Shown: piece by piece, positions 25,479-39,452 of the stretch | How the letters are laid out: every line of letters starts with the position of its first letter | Numbering within the stretch: position 1 is the first letter of the stretch | DNA from: Haliotis cracherodii | Taxonomy: Eukaryota | Assembly (NCBI RefSeq): GCF_022045235.1 | Contig: NW_027266275.1 | Span: 59,210,001-59,274,000 of the forward strand | DNA: 64,000 nt | Direction: 5' to 3' | Program-made: the position numbers and the translations under genes | Notes under the pieces: model-generated | Told to the model about the DNA's origin: nothing | The model's input: only the letters and a program-made list of their open reading frames with translations | Databases searched by the model: none

Positions 25479-27289
25479 TTTCTTACACACCTGTGGGTGA
25501 GAAACCCATTTGAGATAACTGGTATCAAACATATGTGTGAGATCAAATTCCAGGCCCGTGATTGGCTACTCCATGGTGATGACCTGGGGTCAGATGATGA
25601 CGGACTACTTTCCTGAGTGTAAGTCATTCATAAGTAGCTCGTGCTTCAGTCGAATGTTCACCTACGTCTGTATTGAACAGCAAGACCGTGTAATTAATAA
25701 TAAAAATAAACAAACTCGTCTTCGTCTGCGAGTTTGTTTGTTATTATTATCAGTTACATTGTCTGTTGTTATGGCAACATTATCGTTTTTTCAGAGTGTA
25801 AACCCCCTGGATGCCACAGCGACACATATGTCCCTTCTCTTCAACCCTCACTTCGAAATCGAATAAAATTCACAATACATCACGCAGAATCTTCACAGTT
25901 TTGAATTCCCCCTTCTGTTTATCATTTACTGTCATTTTAGGCAATTCAAAATTACTGAAAGTGATTGAAAGTTAGGTACATTGTAAATCTCGCCAAATCA
26001 CAATTCACGGCGTTATATAATTTTTTAATGTGTGTTTAGAAATCTAAATATCGGATATTAACTCGAATAATTAAAGTAGAAAACTAGCATATTAGTGATC
26101 ACGGGTATCACATCACTAATGACAATTCTGAAACGTCGCTGATAAGCCCAGAATCGTTTAGAATGTTTTGGAAAATACGCATATACGAACGCCGAAGTGT
26201 ACGTTCCGCCATATTGGATTGTTTACAAAATGCCGGGTATGAGACGCCTATTTGATCAGGTAAATTTCAAACTCAGCTGCTATACATGCATCCCTGAATT
26301 CCTCATACATTTTCGAAACAATAGATAAATGGTCTTTGTCACCAATGCAAATTATCTAGATGAAATCATGCGAAATAAATTAGGTATGGAAACGAAAACT
26401 GTGCTCGGAAAACTGTACTTGCTGAAATGTAAACAAAGCAAAATTCAGATTTTACACTGTGTAGCATTTTTAGAGGTACTTTCGACTAATTGTTGCATAC
26501 ATTGGCTCCATCACGCGTTTGAGAATATTCATGGGAAGAGTATCGTTGCACTAATTATGGAATTACACATATAAACAATAGAATGATGTGGTAAATTCAA
26601 CAGAAGCCGTAAAAGTTTCCGTCCTGTGTGACGCCATGACTGACGCTAAATCACGCACAACGATGACGGTAGTTGTCTGCATTTCTGACAAATTCTCTTT
26701 GATACATTGAAAAACATGGTAAACAAATAACAGTACGCAGATTGTCAGAATGTTTCTGATTACCTACGTGACACATTTATGTGTATACGATCCCTCAATC
26801 AACGAAAGCCTCCTCTGGAAATCCCACGTACTGTTGTCAGTGAACACGCCATTTTATAAAAGTCGGTCACCGGTAGTGATGCCATACGGAAGTAAACATT
26901 GTTGTACATATTTGGTAATTTCTTTGAGGTGTTAACTTTCAACTTGGCACCCAGCGTGTTCTTGGTTTTTGTCTAGTATGCATTTTCATCATCGCCTTGA
27001 TAATCCACAGATATGACGGAAACCTTTTTTGCGTAGGGTCACATTATTTATGAGTAGTAAGCAGCACATAGGATGACGTCACTTATGACAGATGTGTTAT
27101 GTATTAATGCGCTACTGCAATCATGAGAATAGACAAGATTCATCGGTTCGATGCTAAAAAGGTGCGATTTTAGGGTGTGTAAGAAACAGATTACTGCACT
27201 CGTGCCTGTCAGATACCATTGATCTTACAACTCATTGTTACAAAGCATATCTAACTGATATAAAGAAGATCATGGACTAACGTGGACTT

Positions 27290-27294
<5 letters not shown>

Positions 27295-27362
<68 letters not shown>
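27295..27362. repeat. (AT)n microsatellite
   Basis: Directly visible. Confidence 0.95.
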
Positions 27363-27365
<3 letters not shown>

Positions 27366-27657
27366 GTACCGAACAAACACGAGGGGCAACAGGCATGTCC
27401 AACATCAATGCATTTTGGAGGCTTTACAGGAAGCCATTGTCTTGATTAAAACATATATCCAGAAGGGCGCATGCGCGAGACAGGCAGGTCACGGATTTGA
27501 ATGCTCCGACAGAAAAGTGAAAAACCTGTCATTTCGTAAGTCTTAATCGCCTTTTACATGTTTTAAATCATCCCGGATCTTATTCTTGTGCACCGTCTTC
27601 GATTTTACATCAAGAAGAAACTTTTACACGAGATATTTCATACTTGCAACCTCGACT

Positions 27658-28584
27658 ATGTGTGACGTGTTGAGAGACAGTGACTGTGAATTTGTTGAGA
27701 CGGTCTTGGCTGCTACACTCATAAGCCAGTCCACAAGTGAAGACAGATTAGAACGAAAAAGAGCAAGAGACGAAGAAAGCAACGAAAGTTCTTCTAGGCA
27801 AGACGAATCGAAGAAAATGAAAAGTTCGGGAAATGCGAGCGAGCAGGACACAGTCGGCCCAAGCCAACATGGCGGGCTCAGGGGAGTTTCAAATCCAGCC
27901 AATGACACTGAAGTTAAAGGCATGCTTACCTTTCTGGTTAAAGAAATGTCACAAATGAGAACTGATCTCAACGACAGAATGTCAAGCTTTGAGAATAATC
28001 TAGAAACAAGGCTCACTGAGAAAATAGCAGCAATAACTGACGAGAAGATAAAGTTAGAAATAAACAGGCCGAGAAATGATATAGACTCAAGATTAGATAG
28101 CTTCGAAAAGAAAATACAACAATTTGAAAAGACTTTCTCAGAAGCTGCTAAATCCCAACCTCAAGACAGGATCTTCGAGAGATCTGTTGTTTTCAAGAAT
28201 CTGCAGGTTCACACAGACGAAGTAACGGACCCACAAGTTACAGTTAACAAGGTAACGGCTCTTATCAGGGACGGGTTACACCTACCAGACGTGAATGTAT
28301 CTAATGTTGAGAGGAAGAAATCCTATGGTAAATACCCTGGAGTAGTGTTAGCAACTATTGACACTTTGGACCAGAAAACAAAACTTATGAAGGTTAAATC
28401 ATCTCTGAAGAGCTCCCGTAAGTATAGTAACACTTTCACTGAAAATTGTACAACGTTGGAGGAGAGAATGCATAGCAACAATATGAGAACATTACTAAAG
28501 GAAATTGGGAAGGAAAATCTATATACTGTGAACAGAAGTGGATTTATTTCTAGGAAGAAAAATACCACAACTCCCCGGGCCTAG
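27658..28584 (+). CDS. LINE ORF1 (coiled-coil nucleic-acid-binding protein)
   Basis: Uninterrupted ORF (first ATG at 27658) immediately upstream of the APE domain. Confidence 0.75.
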   Translation: MCDVLRDSDCEFVETVLAATLISQSTSEDRLERKRARDEESNESSSRQDESKKMKSSGNASEQDTVGPSQHGGLRGVSNPANDTEVKGMLTFLVKEMSQMRTDLNDRMSSFENNLETRLTEKIAAITDEKIKLEINRPRNDIDSRLDSFEKKIQQFEKTFSEAAKSQPQDRIFERSVVFKNLQVHTDEVTDPQVTVNKVTALIRDGLHLPDVNVSNVERKKSYGKYPGVVLATIDTLDQKTKLMKVKSSLKSSRKYSNTFTENCTTLEERMHSNNMRTLLKEIGKENLYTVNRSGFISRKKNTTTPRA

Positions 28585-31500
28585 GGGGTCAGGCTTGGTC
28601 TGTGGAACGTCGGTGGATGGTCTCTAATGAATGTAAATAATAGACATTTTAGGGAAAATGCAGTTGGGTACTTTGACTATGATATACTATGTCTCTGTGA
28701 AACATTTCTACGGGATCAAGAGGACATTAGTCTAGATGGATATGTATGTTTCGGTAATGATAGAACAAACCTGTATACAACGCCTAAACGTGGATCTGGC
28801 GGTGTTGGGGTTCTTATAAAGACATCATTTATATCTAGATATAAAGTTGAAGCACTGTACAGTGACCAGGAGGATGTGTTATGGCTCCGTTTGTCTTCTG
28901 ATACTACAGTCGAGAGTCTATGTTTGTGTGGAGCGTATCTACCTCCAGCCGCTTCTACAAGGTCACATGATGTAGAAGAGTTTTTTTTATATTCTACTTC
29001 AACATGTTTATGAATATCAAAATCTTGGAAAAGTTGTCATCGCTGGCGACTTTAATGCACGCATTGGTAGTAACTCCGACTACATCGAAGTGTTGACGGT
29101 GTGGGGGAAAGGAATGCGATAGACGAGAGCGTAATGCAGCTGGGTACCTACTACTAGACTTTCTTATAGACTGTAATATGTGTGTTGTTAACGGTAGACT
29201 TGGAAACGACAACTTCACTTCTGTGTCGCATAGGGGTCGGGCTGTAGTAGATTACATTATTGTGCCTCATGAGCAGCTGAATGATGTGTCAGATTTTAAC
29301 GTGCATCTTATGTCAGACGTACAGAATTTTACTACTCAGATGGGATGTGACTGTATTCCTGATCATTCTGTGCTGGATGTAACGCGAGACCTACTTGCAA
29401 TTCAACCAGATTCTCAGTCTGACGATATGAAGCTGTTATCGGGTTGCTGGGATATACCAAGGTACAACGTAGCTAATGTACCGGACAGTTTCCTGAATGA
29501 TGAACATACTGCACGCAAATTACAAGATACACTTCAGAAGATAGACGATGCCCTAACACAAGGTCAAGACACTCACTCTGCATATGAGAAGTTTACTACT
29601 TTCATTAAAAAAGAAATGGACTTAAAGCTAAATAAGGTAAAGACATTTACTGAGAAAAACACCAACAACAGGCATTATTGTAGGCGAAAGCCATATTGGA
29701 CTGATGAATTACAAGTGTTATGGGATGGGGTTGGTGTAAAGGAAAAGCGCTGGTTGTCTTTTAAAGGTTGTGTTCATCGTAAACGTGTTCTTAAAGGCGT
29801 TTTTCAAGATGCAAGAAAACTGTTTGACAAGGCAAACCGCAAGGCGAGAAGATCATACCAGCTACAGAAACAAGAAGAACTAATCAGTTTACAGAACATT
29901 AACAGCGGCAGAGACTTCTGGAAAAAGATAGGTCGACTTGGTATAGCCAACGACAGAAAGTCTCGTTCCGTTATCCCTATGGAGGTGTTGATGCACGACG
30001 GGTCCGTGACCTGTGAGACTGACACTGTATTGGATCACTGGAAAACCTCCTACAGCACGCTTCATAACAGTAGTGGGAATAAAGCGTTTGAACTTTCTCA
30101 TTGCGATACTGTGTGTGAACGCGTGCGTATCGGTACCGTGGAGTGTGCAGATTATGATCTGTCGGTGTTGAACCGCTCTGTCTCAGTCCAGGAAGTTGAC
30201 CTTGCTGTTATGCAGATGAAGACAGGAAAAGCGGCTGGGTTAGACGGTATACCGGTAGAAGTACTACGAAATCCTCATTGTATTAACTTACTTCACGATA
30301 TTATTAATTATTGTTTTGAACGTTCAGTGTCGCCGTCTCAGTGGTGAGCAGGACTAATAACTCCTATTCCTAAGGACAAAAGTACCCCGTCAGATCCTTT
30401 GTCTTACAGGGGCATTACTCTCATATCAATACCCTGTAAAGTCTACACGTGTATACTGAACTGTAGGATACAGAAGTGGTTGGAGTATAATGATATTCTT
30501 ATGGAAGAGCAAAATGGTTTTAGACCTAAGAGAAACTGTACTGATCATTTATATGATCTTTATAATATTGTTAATAGCCGTAAAGCCTCTAAACGATCTA
30601 CGTGTGTCTGTTTTGTTGATATTAAGAAGGCTTTTGATAGGGTTAATCGCAATTGCCTTTGGTACAAGCTTATGTCTGTTGGTATTCATGTTAAAATGTT
30701 ACAAGCTATACAAGCCTTATATATGGACGTAAAGTGTGCAGTTAAGCTCAATGGTTTTATCACGGAATCTTTTAATGTTACCTTGGGCGATAAACTAGGA
30801 TGCAAGTTATCGCCAACGTTATTTTTCGTTTATGTTAATGATTTGGTGTTAGAAATTAATAAGTTAAACTGTGTCATACCTATTGAAAGTTCTGTGTTAT
30901 CAGTTTTGTTGAATGCTGATGATATAGCCTTGTTAGCTGAAGACAAAGACTCGTTACAGAAAATGCTGAATGTTTTAAATATATGGTGTCAAAAATGGCG
31001 TTTGGATATTAATTCAGACAAAACCAAAATCATGCATTTCAGAAACAAATCTGTGGCTAGATCTGAGCGAGTATTTGTATGCGGCAAATCTATTATTGAT
31101 TATGAAAGTTCTTACAAATATCTTGGTTTAACTTTTGATGAGCATTTAGATATGCACAAAACAGTCCAGGTGTTGTGTAAATCGGCTAGCAGAGCTCTTT
31201 CTGCGTTGTATTCAAAGTTTAAACACGCGGGTGGCATGTCCTACGAAGTATTTAACAAGCTTTATAAAGCTCTTGTAGAACCTGTTCTATTTTATGGTGC
31301 TGACATTTGGGGTTTGAATAAGTATAAGGAAGTAGAAATAATTCAAAATAAGGCTTGTCGTTTGTTTCTAGGCGTAAGAGAAAATGCCCCAGTTACTGCT
31401 ATTAGGGGGGACATGGGCTGGTGTTCTGTGAAAGTGTCACAGCACGTTGAATGCTTTAGATTATATTTTAGAATTCGGAATATGCAGGCCCATCATCTTC

Positions 31501-32130
31501 CTCTTATCATTCATAATTGGTCCAAAATCCGATCACAATCCTGGGATAAAAAATCGTAAATATCTTAGCTCACTATAATTTGTCATATTTACCTTATTGT
31601 GGATAGAGTGTGTTGACCGTGTAAAGTGTTTCTTAACTGCTGAAGATTGTGATATGTGGTAAAATGCGCTTTGGAATGACAAGAATAATCCAAATGGCAA
31701 TAAATTACGCACATACAGAATGTACAAATCATTACCTACTGCTGAGTCTTATTTATGTCATGTACGTTTTAGAGATCATCGAGGACTTTTAGCATCGTTT
31801 CGATGTGGTATTTTACCTTTACATTTTGAGACCGGCCGTTACGCCAAGCCACCTACCCCACTGTTGGATAGGACTTGTAAGTATTGACACGCCAATCCTA
31901 TTAATGATCATGTAAATTATGTTGAAGATGAATATCACTTTTTAATAGAATGTCCATTTTATGATGATTTAAGATACAACTTAGCTAAAGAAGCAATTTC
32001 AGTAGATAAAGCATTTCATTATATGAGTAGTTTAGAAAAGTTTCTTTTTATTATGAACGAAGAATCGCTCCAATGTATTTTAGCCAAATCAATTTACAAC
32101 ATGGTTAAAAGAAGGCAATTTCTTTTTAAG
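28585..32130 (+). pseudogene. LINE ORF2 (endonuclease plus reverse transcriptase) with frameshifts and stops
   Basis: Pieces at 28627-29013, 29178-30347, 30399-31559 and further fragments to about 32130; stop at 30345-30347. Confidence 0.85.
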
Positions 32131-32160
32131 CCAAGTATGTATGTATGTATGTGTGACGTG

Positions 32161-32207
<47 letters not shown>
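32161..32207. repeat. (TG)n(AG)n microsatellite in the LINE 3' UTR
   Basis: Directly visible. Confidence 0.9.
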
Positions 32208-33329
32208 CGGGAGTCAAGGGGGAGCGCACTTTTTAACTTAGGACTTTCGAAGTCAGTTGCCCTGTATCCTGGCATACTGGTCGTGCAAAACCGCCCACGG
32301 CCGTGCTCCGCGCCTGCATCACGAGGTATGTATTTATGTAAATGTGTCTATGGTGGTTTGTATATGTGCGATGTATGTTAAGTATGAGTACACGCCTCCG
32401 TGTGGCTGAAAAGTAGCTTCACGTAGGTATGTGTCCGTGTGCTACATTTTTTTATTTTTTAAATTTTTTTTTCAATAGTTTTATGATTGATACATTTTAT
32501 AGTGTCTCGTAGGTCATATTTGGCCGGATGTTATTTTTTACTGTTTTGTATATATCTTATCACGAAGTGTATATAACATGTGACACTTTAATAAACAATA
32601 TTCTCTCTCTCTTCTCTCTCTATTTTTATGGAGGTACTTTGAGACGATTCAGCTTTGACGCTGGCGTTGCTTGGGGTAAATCAGAAAGCTTTGAATTAAA
32701 AAGGCTGGAAATGGAATTTCAGAAAGAATCAAAACTGAAAGAATTAGAATTTCCGAAAGAATGAGAAAGAGGAGACAGATTTTGAATTAAAGGAATTGTT
32801 TTTTTAAACAAAAATAATTCCTCTCAACATCAAGAAAATTACTTTGATGTGACAAGAGAAGTCAGATTAGTCCCTCCTTTTCAATAACGAAACTTTCCTC
32901 TTACACTTACACAAAAAAGATGTGAGGATGTTTGTGTGGATTTTGATCAGGAAAAGAAGACTTTCTTTGATGGAAGGATGTAGGCCAATACTTTGATGAC
33001 TGATTTTGGAGGAAGGTTTCAAGCAGTATGTTCATGCTGTGTTTACGACTTATTTTGAGGGTAGATCAGGCCCCGAGGTTATAAAAATTTTTTCGTGCTC
33101 AACTGAGTTTCGTGCTCAAATACATGCTCATGCTCAACTTCGTACTCAGTTGAGATTTGTACTCAAGCAGAGGTTATAAAACTTCTTGAGTCTACTCAGC
33201 TGAGAACAACTCACGCTCGGCTTGAGCATGCTCAAAGGACTCTTTGTTTATGATATAAGCGGCAATTTGGAACTCTTCCGTCGAGAATGGTAAGAAAACA
33301 ATCCGGATGTTGTCGTCTGCTTATTTACA

Positions 33330-36188
33330 ATGGCAACGGAGGGCGTGACCGAATCGAGAAGGCAGGGTAAGGGGTGGTCAGAAGCGGAGGAGGTTTGTCT
33401 AATCCAGGAAGTTGTTCAGCGAGAGCAACTGTTGTTCGGTGAAATAAAGGGAAGCAGTGTGAAGTCCATCCATCGACAGCGGACCGATGGATGGCAAAGT
33501 ATCACGGACATCCTAAACACGTAAGTTGTTCATATGTTATCGTTGTTTAATATCATTTGCAGCATGGTACGCTATATTATCGCGGTAGTTAAGTTATAAA
33601 TACGTCTTGCGCAAAGTGTTCATTCAACTTTAATGACACAGGCTTGATCGATGCTGATTTTATTTACTGCGTTCGGTAAAACAAAGTACCTGTTATAAGC
33701 GAGTTAAAAAAGTAAGGGCGGGCTGTGTCTTCGCTTTCCACTAATTGTGGTGGGATACGTGAGAATTATGTGGGTTACATTACTTCCTGTTTTGGATTAT
33801 GCATAATCAATATTCATACGATCTAGTTAGGGTCAAGGTCAAGGGACATCCTTCAAACAGTTTTAGTTGATTCTTTTCACACCAATTTCGAGTGGAGGTT
33901 GGGGTAATTAAGTTATAAAGTTCTCAGGCGTAGGCGTAACATATCGCAATGAGTCCTGTATTCGATCATGCGTTGAAATGTGGTGCCCAGATTTGCATAA
34001 GTAAACAGTCGAAAATGTGTGTCATGACAAGCACACTCTTGATATGCCTGATTCTTCGTTGCATTAATTTTATTGTATATAATCTAAATGGAGACATGTA
34101 TTTTCATGGGCTTTCCCCTCCACAATTTCTTGACAGTGAAGAAGAAAACATGTTCTGTATATTAATTTTCAAATTATATCTATTCTTTTATATACTTTCA
34201 GAAGACACATCAATGCCAAAAGGGAGGCTTTGGAAGTGAAAAAGAAGTACTTCAATTTTAAACAAAGAGGTACTCTTTTATATTAGAAAAATACTAAGAG
34301 GCATATTGTGTCAACATTGTTACTCCATCATAATGTATTAAATGGTTATTATATAATTGATGAAACACATGTTTATCCCTCAATAACACACGAACACGTG
34401 TCAATGAAACCCAAATTTAATATTTCAATATATATGTTATTGTTACTGAAACTAAACTGCAAGTTTGTATTGTAGCTAAAAGCAAGATCGACGGCCTCAA
34501 AAGGTCAATGGCCACAACTGGAGGAGGGCCTCCACTCCCAGCACTGTCCAACGCGGACGAGGTCCTTTCTCAGTCTTTGGAGGGGAGGCCAGGTATTCAT
34601 GGCCTAGAACATGGCATTGACACTGATGGTATGGGCAGTTCAATATGTAAAAGATTGATGTAAATTTTAAAGCCAACTATTTCTCATTAATGTTGGTTAT
34701 GGTGAGACCTATCACCTGGGACAATGTATTGGGATGAGAAAAATACATATCAAATATAGTACAAACAAATCAAGTACTGTCAAAAGAAAAAGGAAACAAA
34801 AACAATTTCAGACACCTACTTTATATGCCTGTGATCAAAGTAATGAATACATTTGTTGTGAATTGCACTGGTACAAAATTATTCAAATAATTATTAATAT
34901 TTGTCAGATAATCAAATTAATCACTCATCACAATTTCAGTCACAAATGCAATTGTTTTTTGTCAATTCTAACCCGAAAATTTGTAAAATAGCTGCATTAC
35001 TGTATTTTAATATTCTGTTCACTTCAGTCATTCATTATGGCGATGTAGCTGCCGCTGCACCAGAAGGTAATACATATCATCATATGTCTGAATACTATTA
35101 ATTAACATGTATTATTATACATAATCACATCTATAACATGGGACATATATCTAATGATGGCGATGTAGCTGCCGCTGCACCAGAAGGTAATACATATCAC
35201 CATATGTCTGAATACTATTAATTAACATGTATTATTATACATAATCACATCTATAACATGGGACATATATCTAATTACTCTGTGGGTTGTTTCCCTTATA
35301 TAGGTCATGTCTTGAACATAATACCAAAATTTCCAACATGTATTGTAGAGCATAGTTTGCTATTCCTGTCATAACATTATTGTCTGAGCTGACACATTGT
35401 ATACAATCAATGTAATTATTCTCAATTAATAACATTAAAGTATAACTTTATTGCGTGACTTTATTGAATGCTTAAATATATAAATGTCTGAAAATGATAC
35501 AATAATTTTTTGCATTTTTTCAATGTTAAAAATTGTATCCACTTATTTACAGGTCTGCAAGGTGAAGCACAACACATTGGTCATGTTGATGTGCACATTG
35601 ATGAGCAAGACAACACAGCTGAAGGTACATCAGAAGGATCTGAGTGATATCTGTAGAACATATTACTATACTAAATAATGAAGATTTTCAGAGTTTATTT
35701 CAGTATATTCAAGATTGCAGTTACAGAACAAATTTATGTTTGCATAATCCTTCTATAATACTAGTATAATACTACTACATATTAACTATGACCTTGGTAT
35801 GATTTATTGACAGCATAGAAATGAAAACACTCATAGCAAGATGCTAATACATGTATTACCCCAAACAATACATTCACTGTCTTGTCATAAGCTGAAAATA
35901 CTAAGAGACAGGAAATATATTCGAATTATATTTCAGTCACACTAACACCCATAATGCTATCAACACTACTATACTCCCAAAGATGACGCAGAGAACACAA
36001 ATCATGTTTCTAAAATGTGACAAGTCATTCTCATTATAATTACAGACAAAAAGACTGGGTGCAAACGAAAAAGAACACAAGCTGAGGCAACCTATGACAA
36101 CACGATACAGGACACGGAAAGGATCAAACTCGAACAAAGGAAGCTGAAACTGGAAATTGAATTATTAGAAAAAATCAAAAGAAATTGA
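33330..36188 (+). CDS. Harbinger Myb/SANT-like DNA-binding protein (spliced; 3' exons uncertain)
   Basis: Exons 33330-33520 (WSEAEEVCLI..W.SI), 34202-34269 (VKKKY), 34476-34628 (TGGG motif), 35028-35066, 35553-35624, 36046-36188 (coiled coil LEQRKLKLEIELLE). Confidence 0.7.
35037..35275. repeat. About 120-bp tandem duplication inside the Harbinger Myb gene
   Basis: ATGGCGATGTAGCTGCC...CATATATCTAAT at 35037 and again at 35157. Confidence 0.9.
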
Positions 36189-37064
36189 AATTCAAATGCT
36201 GCAGTGTAAATCAGTCTACTACCAACTAAAAATGAATGCGGAATTTGGTGTTTCTCTTGTCGAATCATGTCCAACTGAAGAATAATTATTATCAAAATTA
36301 CTAAAGACAGTTATGTAGAAATGCAATTTGAATGACAACAACATTTACTGATTTGCTTGGACATGATCAGCTGAATTCGACAGATACAATAGTTAATGAT
36401 AATTGAAAGAAATATTGTTACACAATATCAACTCTATCTGTATTGTTTTATCACTATTCATTACATATGCAATTGCTCCAAAAATCCTGATTTTTGTTAT
36501 GTGCTCTTAAGTAAGATCATTTTAAAGCATGTAACTCTAACATTGTGATGATAATTCAGCATTTATGCAAGTATGATGTGCCAATAGAAAAACATAAATA
36601 TAGAATGTCTAGTGATCATGATTTTACTTAAACTTTATGCAATTTGTAGAGACTTAGATGATGAATACCATGCACTTTTCATTTGTCAAGCTGATACTAA
36701 CATTGGGTCAAGATATTTGTCCTTCATACAGACTATTATGAATATCCTGACATGCATAAGTTCTGTACCTTTACTCACAACAAATGACAACATTTCATTC
36801 CAGCTAACTCTTTATCTTGTTCAAATTTAGAAGTTAAGAAACAAATATGAACTGAATGTCTCTGTCACAATGTGCAATGTTAGAAATTTGAACTAGTCCT
36901 GCAGTTCGTGCCAAAGTGTCCAATTGTCAATGTATGAAAGAACTTGTAGACATTTGCCATTTTTCAGGTTTTTGCTATATGTTATCATTGTAAGGACTTG
37001 TACACCAAAAATATAAGTTTCTACCGTAGTATGTGCCCTATATTATCCAATATTCTGCACTTTA

Positions 37065-37260
37065 CTTGCCGTAAAAGGTGACAAATGTGATCGGGTGGTC
37101 AGGCTCGCTGACTTGGTTGATACATGTCATCGATCACAAGTGCTTGATCGATGCTCATAATATCAATCACTGGATTGTCTGGTCCAGACACAATTACTTT
37201 ACAGTCCTCCGTCATATAGCTGGAACAATATTGCTGAGTGAGGAGTTAAACACAAAATAA
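37065..37260 (+). mobile_element. SINE family 2 fragment inserted in the Harbinger
   Basis: GATCGGGTGGTCAGGCTCGCTGACTTGG...GCTGGAA..ATATTGCTGAGT matches the other copies. Confidence 0.65.
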
Positions 37261-37494
37261 ATCTGCACTGTTGGCATGGCCAGACTATACAAATCAAATA
37301 TTGTTCCATTTTGTGCACTGCTTGTATCTGAATAAAACATTGAATGACCAAATTGATTCTGTATTCAAGTCTAACCGTCATGACATATCTGACTTACTGA
37401 GCAATACCACTCACACAATCATTAATTAAGATGATATACATTTGAAATCACAAATTCAGATAGATTAAATTGTAGTGAATAAATGTTCCTATGT

Positions 37495-39452
37495 TTATCG
37501 CCTAAAAAATGTCTGAATAATGTGCCGTCTTACATCAGCTCCATCATTTTGACCTGTAACAGGTGGCACATAATTATTCACATTTGATGATGGAGGCATT
37601 AGATTTTCATCATGATTTATAATATCCCCCCTTTCTATACCCAAATTATGCAACACAACACATGCAACAACATAGGTCACAGCCTGTCTTGGGGTCGCCT
37701 TGAGCTCATGGTACAGGCACTGAAACCGCCGTTTCAGGACACCAAAGGTCTGTTCAATGAGCACCCTTGTCCTGCACAATGACCCATGGTAACGATCCTC
37801 TGCACGGTTGGTGGGGTTCAGTAGAGGCGTCAGGAGGAACCAACGACATGGGTAGCCAGAGTCCCCCAGCAGAAAACCTTTGCACTGTCCTTAAACCTAA
37901 TAAAATAAGGTTATTTATTATTGAAAGAATAACAGAATGTTTTATGATTTGAATACTGGTAAAAAGTACATAAAATGAATGAATAAAATTGTCTCATCAA
38001 GAATTACAATATTTCAATATTGATCTTGAACAAGATGAATGAAATAAACTTTTCTCCAGGAACAAATACATTCATCCTAATTAATGGAACTGTTTAGTTA
38101 AAAAATAACTTGTGAGAAAATAATAATTGAAAATGAGGATATGAATCCAATCTAATTTATTAATTAAAATGGGTATGGAGATTCTGAGATTTTATACAGT
38201 GTCATATCCAGGGTTCCAAAGCAATTGCCCTTTGTATGTCACTTCAATTCAATGAGACGTCATACAAAAATATCTGTACATTGATTTAAATTTACTAACT
38301 GATTAACTTGCTACTTCTTGACATCTTAACTAATAATTACAATAACAGAAATGATTATATATTATTTGTTACAGGATAAAATATATGCTTGATCACTTGC
38401 AGAATACTTTCACCAAATTGTTCTAAAAACGTGTCATTTTCAAATTGCCTGCACAGTGCTGACGTCCGGAAAATGTGGCTGTCATGTACCGATCCCGGCC
38501 AGCTGGCGTTGCCACCTGTGATGTAAAGATTTGCATCACAGCACATCTGTGGGATAGAAAATCAGAAATTTAAACTCCAACTTACAATACATACATAAGA
38601 CTTACAAATATCACTCATCTCCCCACCCCTAAACCAACACATACATTATAACGAATACTTAAGGAGTAAAATTATGCCTATTTACCTGTACATTCAGGGA
38701 ATGGTAACCTTTCCGGTTCACGAAGTCTCCCTCGTTAGCGGTAGGTCGCTGTATCCTGATAAACGTTCTATCAATATACCCTACTACGTTAGGGAATCCT
38801 GTAAGTAAAACGTGTCATGGTGTCACAATAGATAGCATACTGTACTGGGCAGTGTTTAATAGTTTTCATTTACAGCCCATCCTAAAATCTATCGCTTGAT
38901 TATAATTTGATTTGATTTATATACATGACCTCGACCTCTGACCCATATTCTTTTTACTGACCAATCAAAATGGCACTGACACGAATCACACCAGTGAAAT
39001 CCTTTATTATGTTTACATTGGGAAAATCCCATGTACGTATCTGCAATGTTGCCGAATGCCTCCTTCGTTCGTACAGCGTCTCCTCCAACTGGGAATTTAA
39101 TGAACCTTCCTGACAGTTTAGATATTTTCAACGAAACTGCGCGTAAGCTTCTGCCGGCTGTCGATCGGGAAATGTTTAGGCTCTCCCCAACCAGCAGATG
39201 CATAGCGCCTGTCGCCAAGAAGCGAAGGCATACCAGCAACTGTGACAGTGGTGGAACCGCACAGTTACGAGCTGTCTCTCTGGTTAGATCGAGAAGACCA
39301 AGTAAATAAATTATAGTATTTGGTCTAAATCTATAACGTTCAAAAACTTCTTCCACATCTAAATCTTCCAGCGGGTTTGAACGATCTCGAAACACTCTCG
39401 GAACACGGGTTTTCCTCCTCCCTTGTCGAGTCTGTCGCAGGTGAGCTGCCAT
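37495..39452 (-). pseudogene. Harbinger DDE transposase (HARBI1-like), probably inactivated
   Basis: Exons 39452-39041, 38798-38686 (FPNVVGYIDRT..NRKGYHSLNVQ), 38546-about 38432 (WPGSVHDS), about 37890-37495 (LLGDSGY..IEQTFGVLKRRF..CVVLHN). The first donor reads AT instead of GT, and consensus IDGT reads IDRT. Confidence 0.85.

Larger units (their letters stand above)
27459..32620 (+). mobile_element. Near full-length LINE (APE-RT; RTE-X-like), ORF2 disrupted
   Basis: ORF1 with coiled coil; APE motifs (WNVGG, LCETF, GGVG, GDFNA, VDY, DH); RT motifs (YRGITL, QNGFR, FVDIKKAFD, LSP.LF, ADD); C-terminal KLRTY..ETGRY..VEDEYHFLIECP; AATAAA plus (CT)n tail. Boundaries fixed by the empty paralogous site at about 53900. 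Confidence 0.9.

Noticed and set aside
25492-25758. Possible solo LTR (TGT...ACA, AATAAA, hairpin near 25696-25750)
   Set aside because: No target-site duplication and no second copy in the window.
25800-26960. Possible piggyBac-like non-autonomous element
   Set aside because: Only weak terminal similarity (AACCCCCTGGATGCC vs GGCACCCAGCGTGTT) and no intact TTAA flanks.
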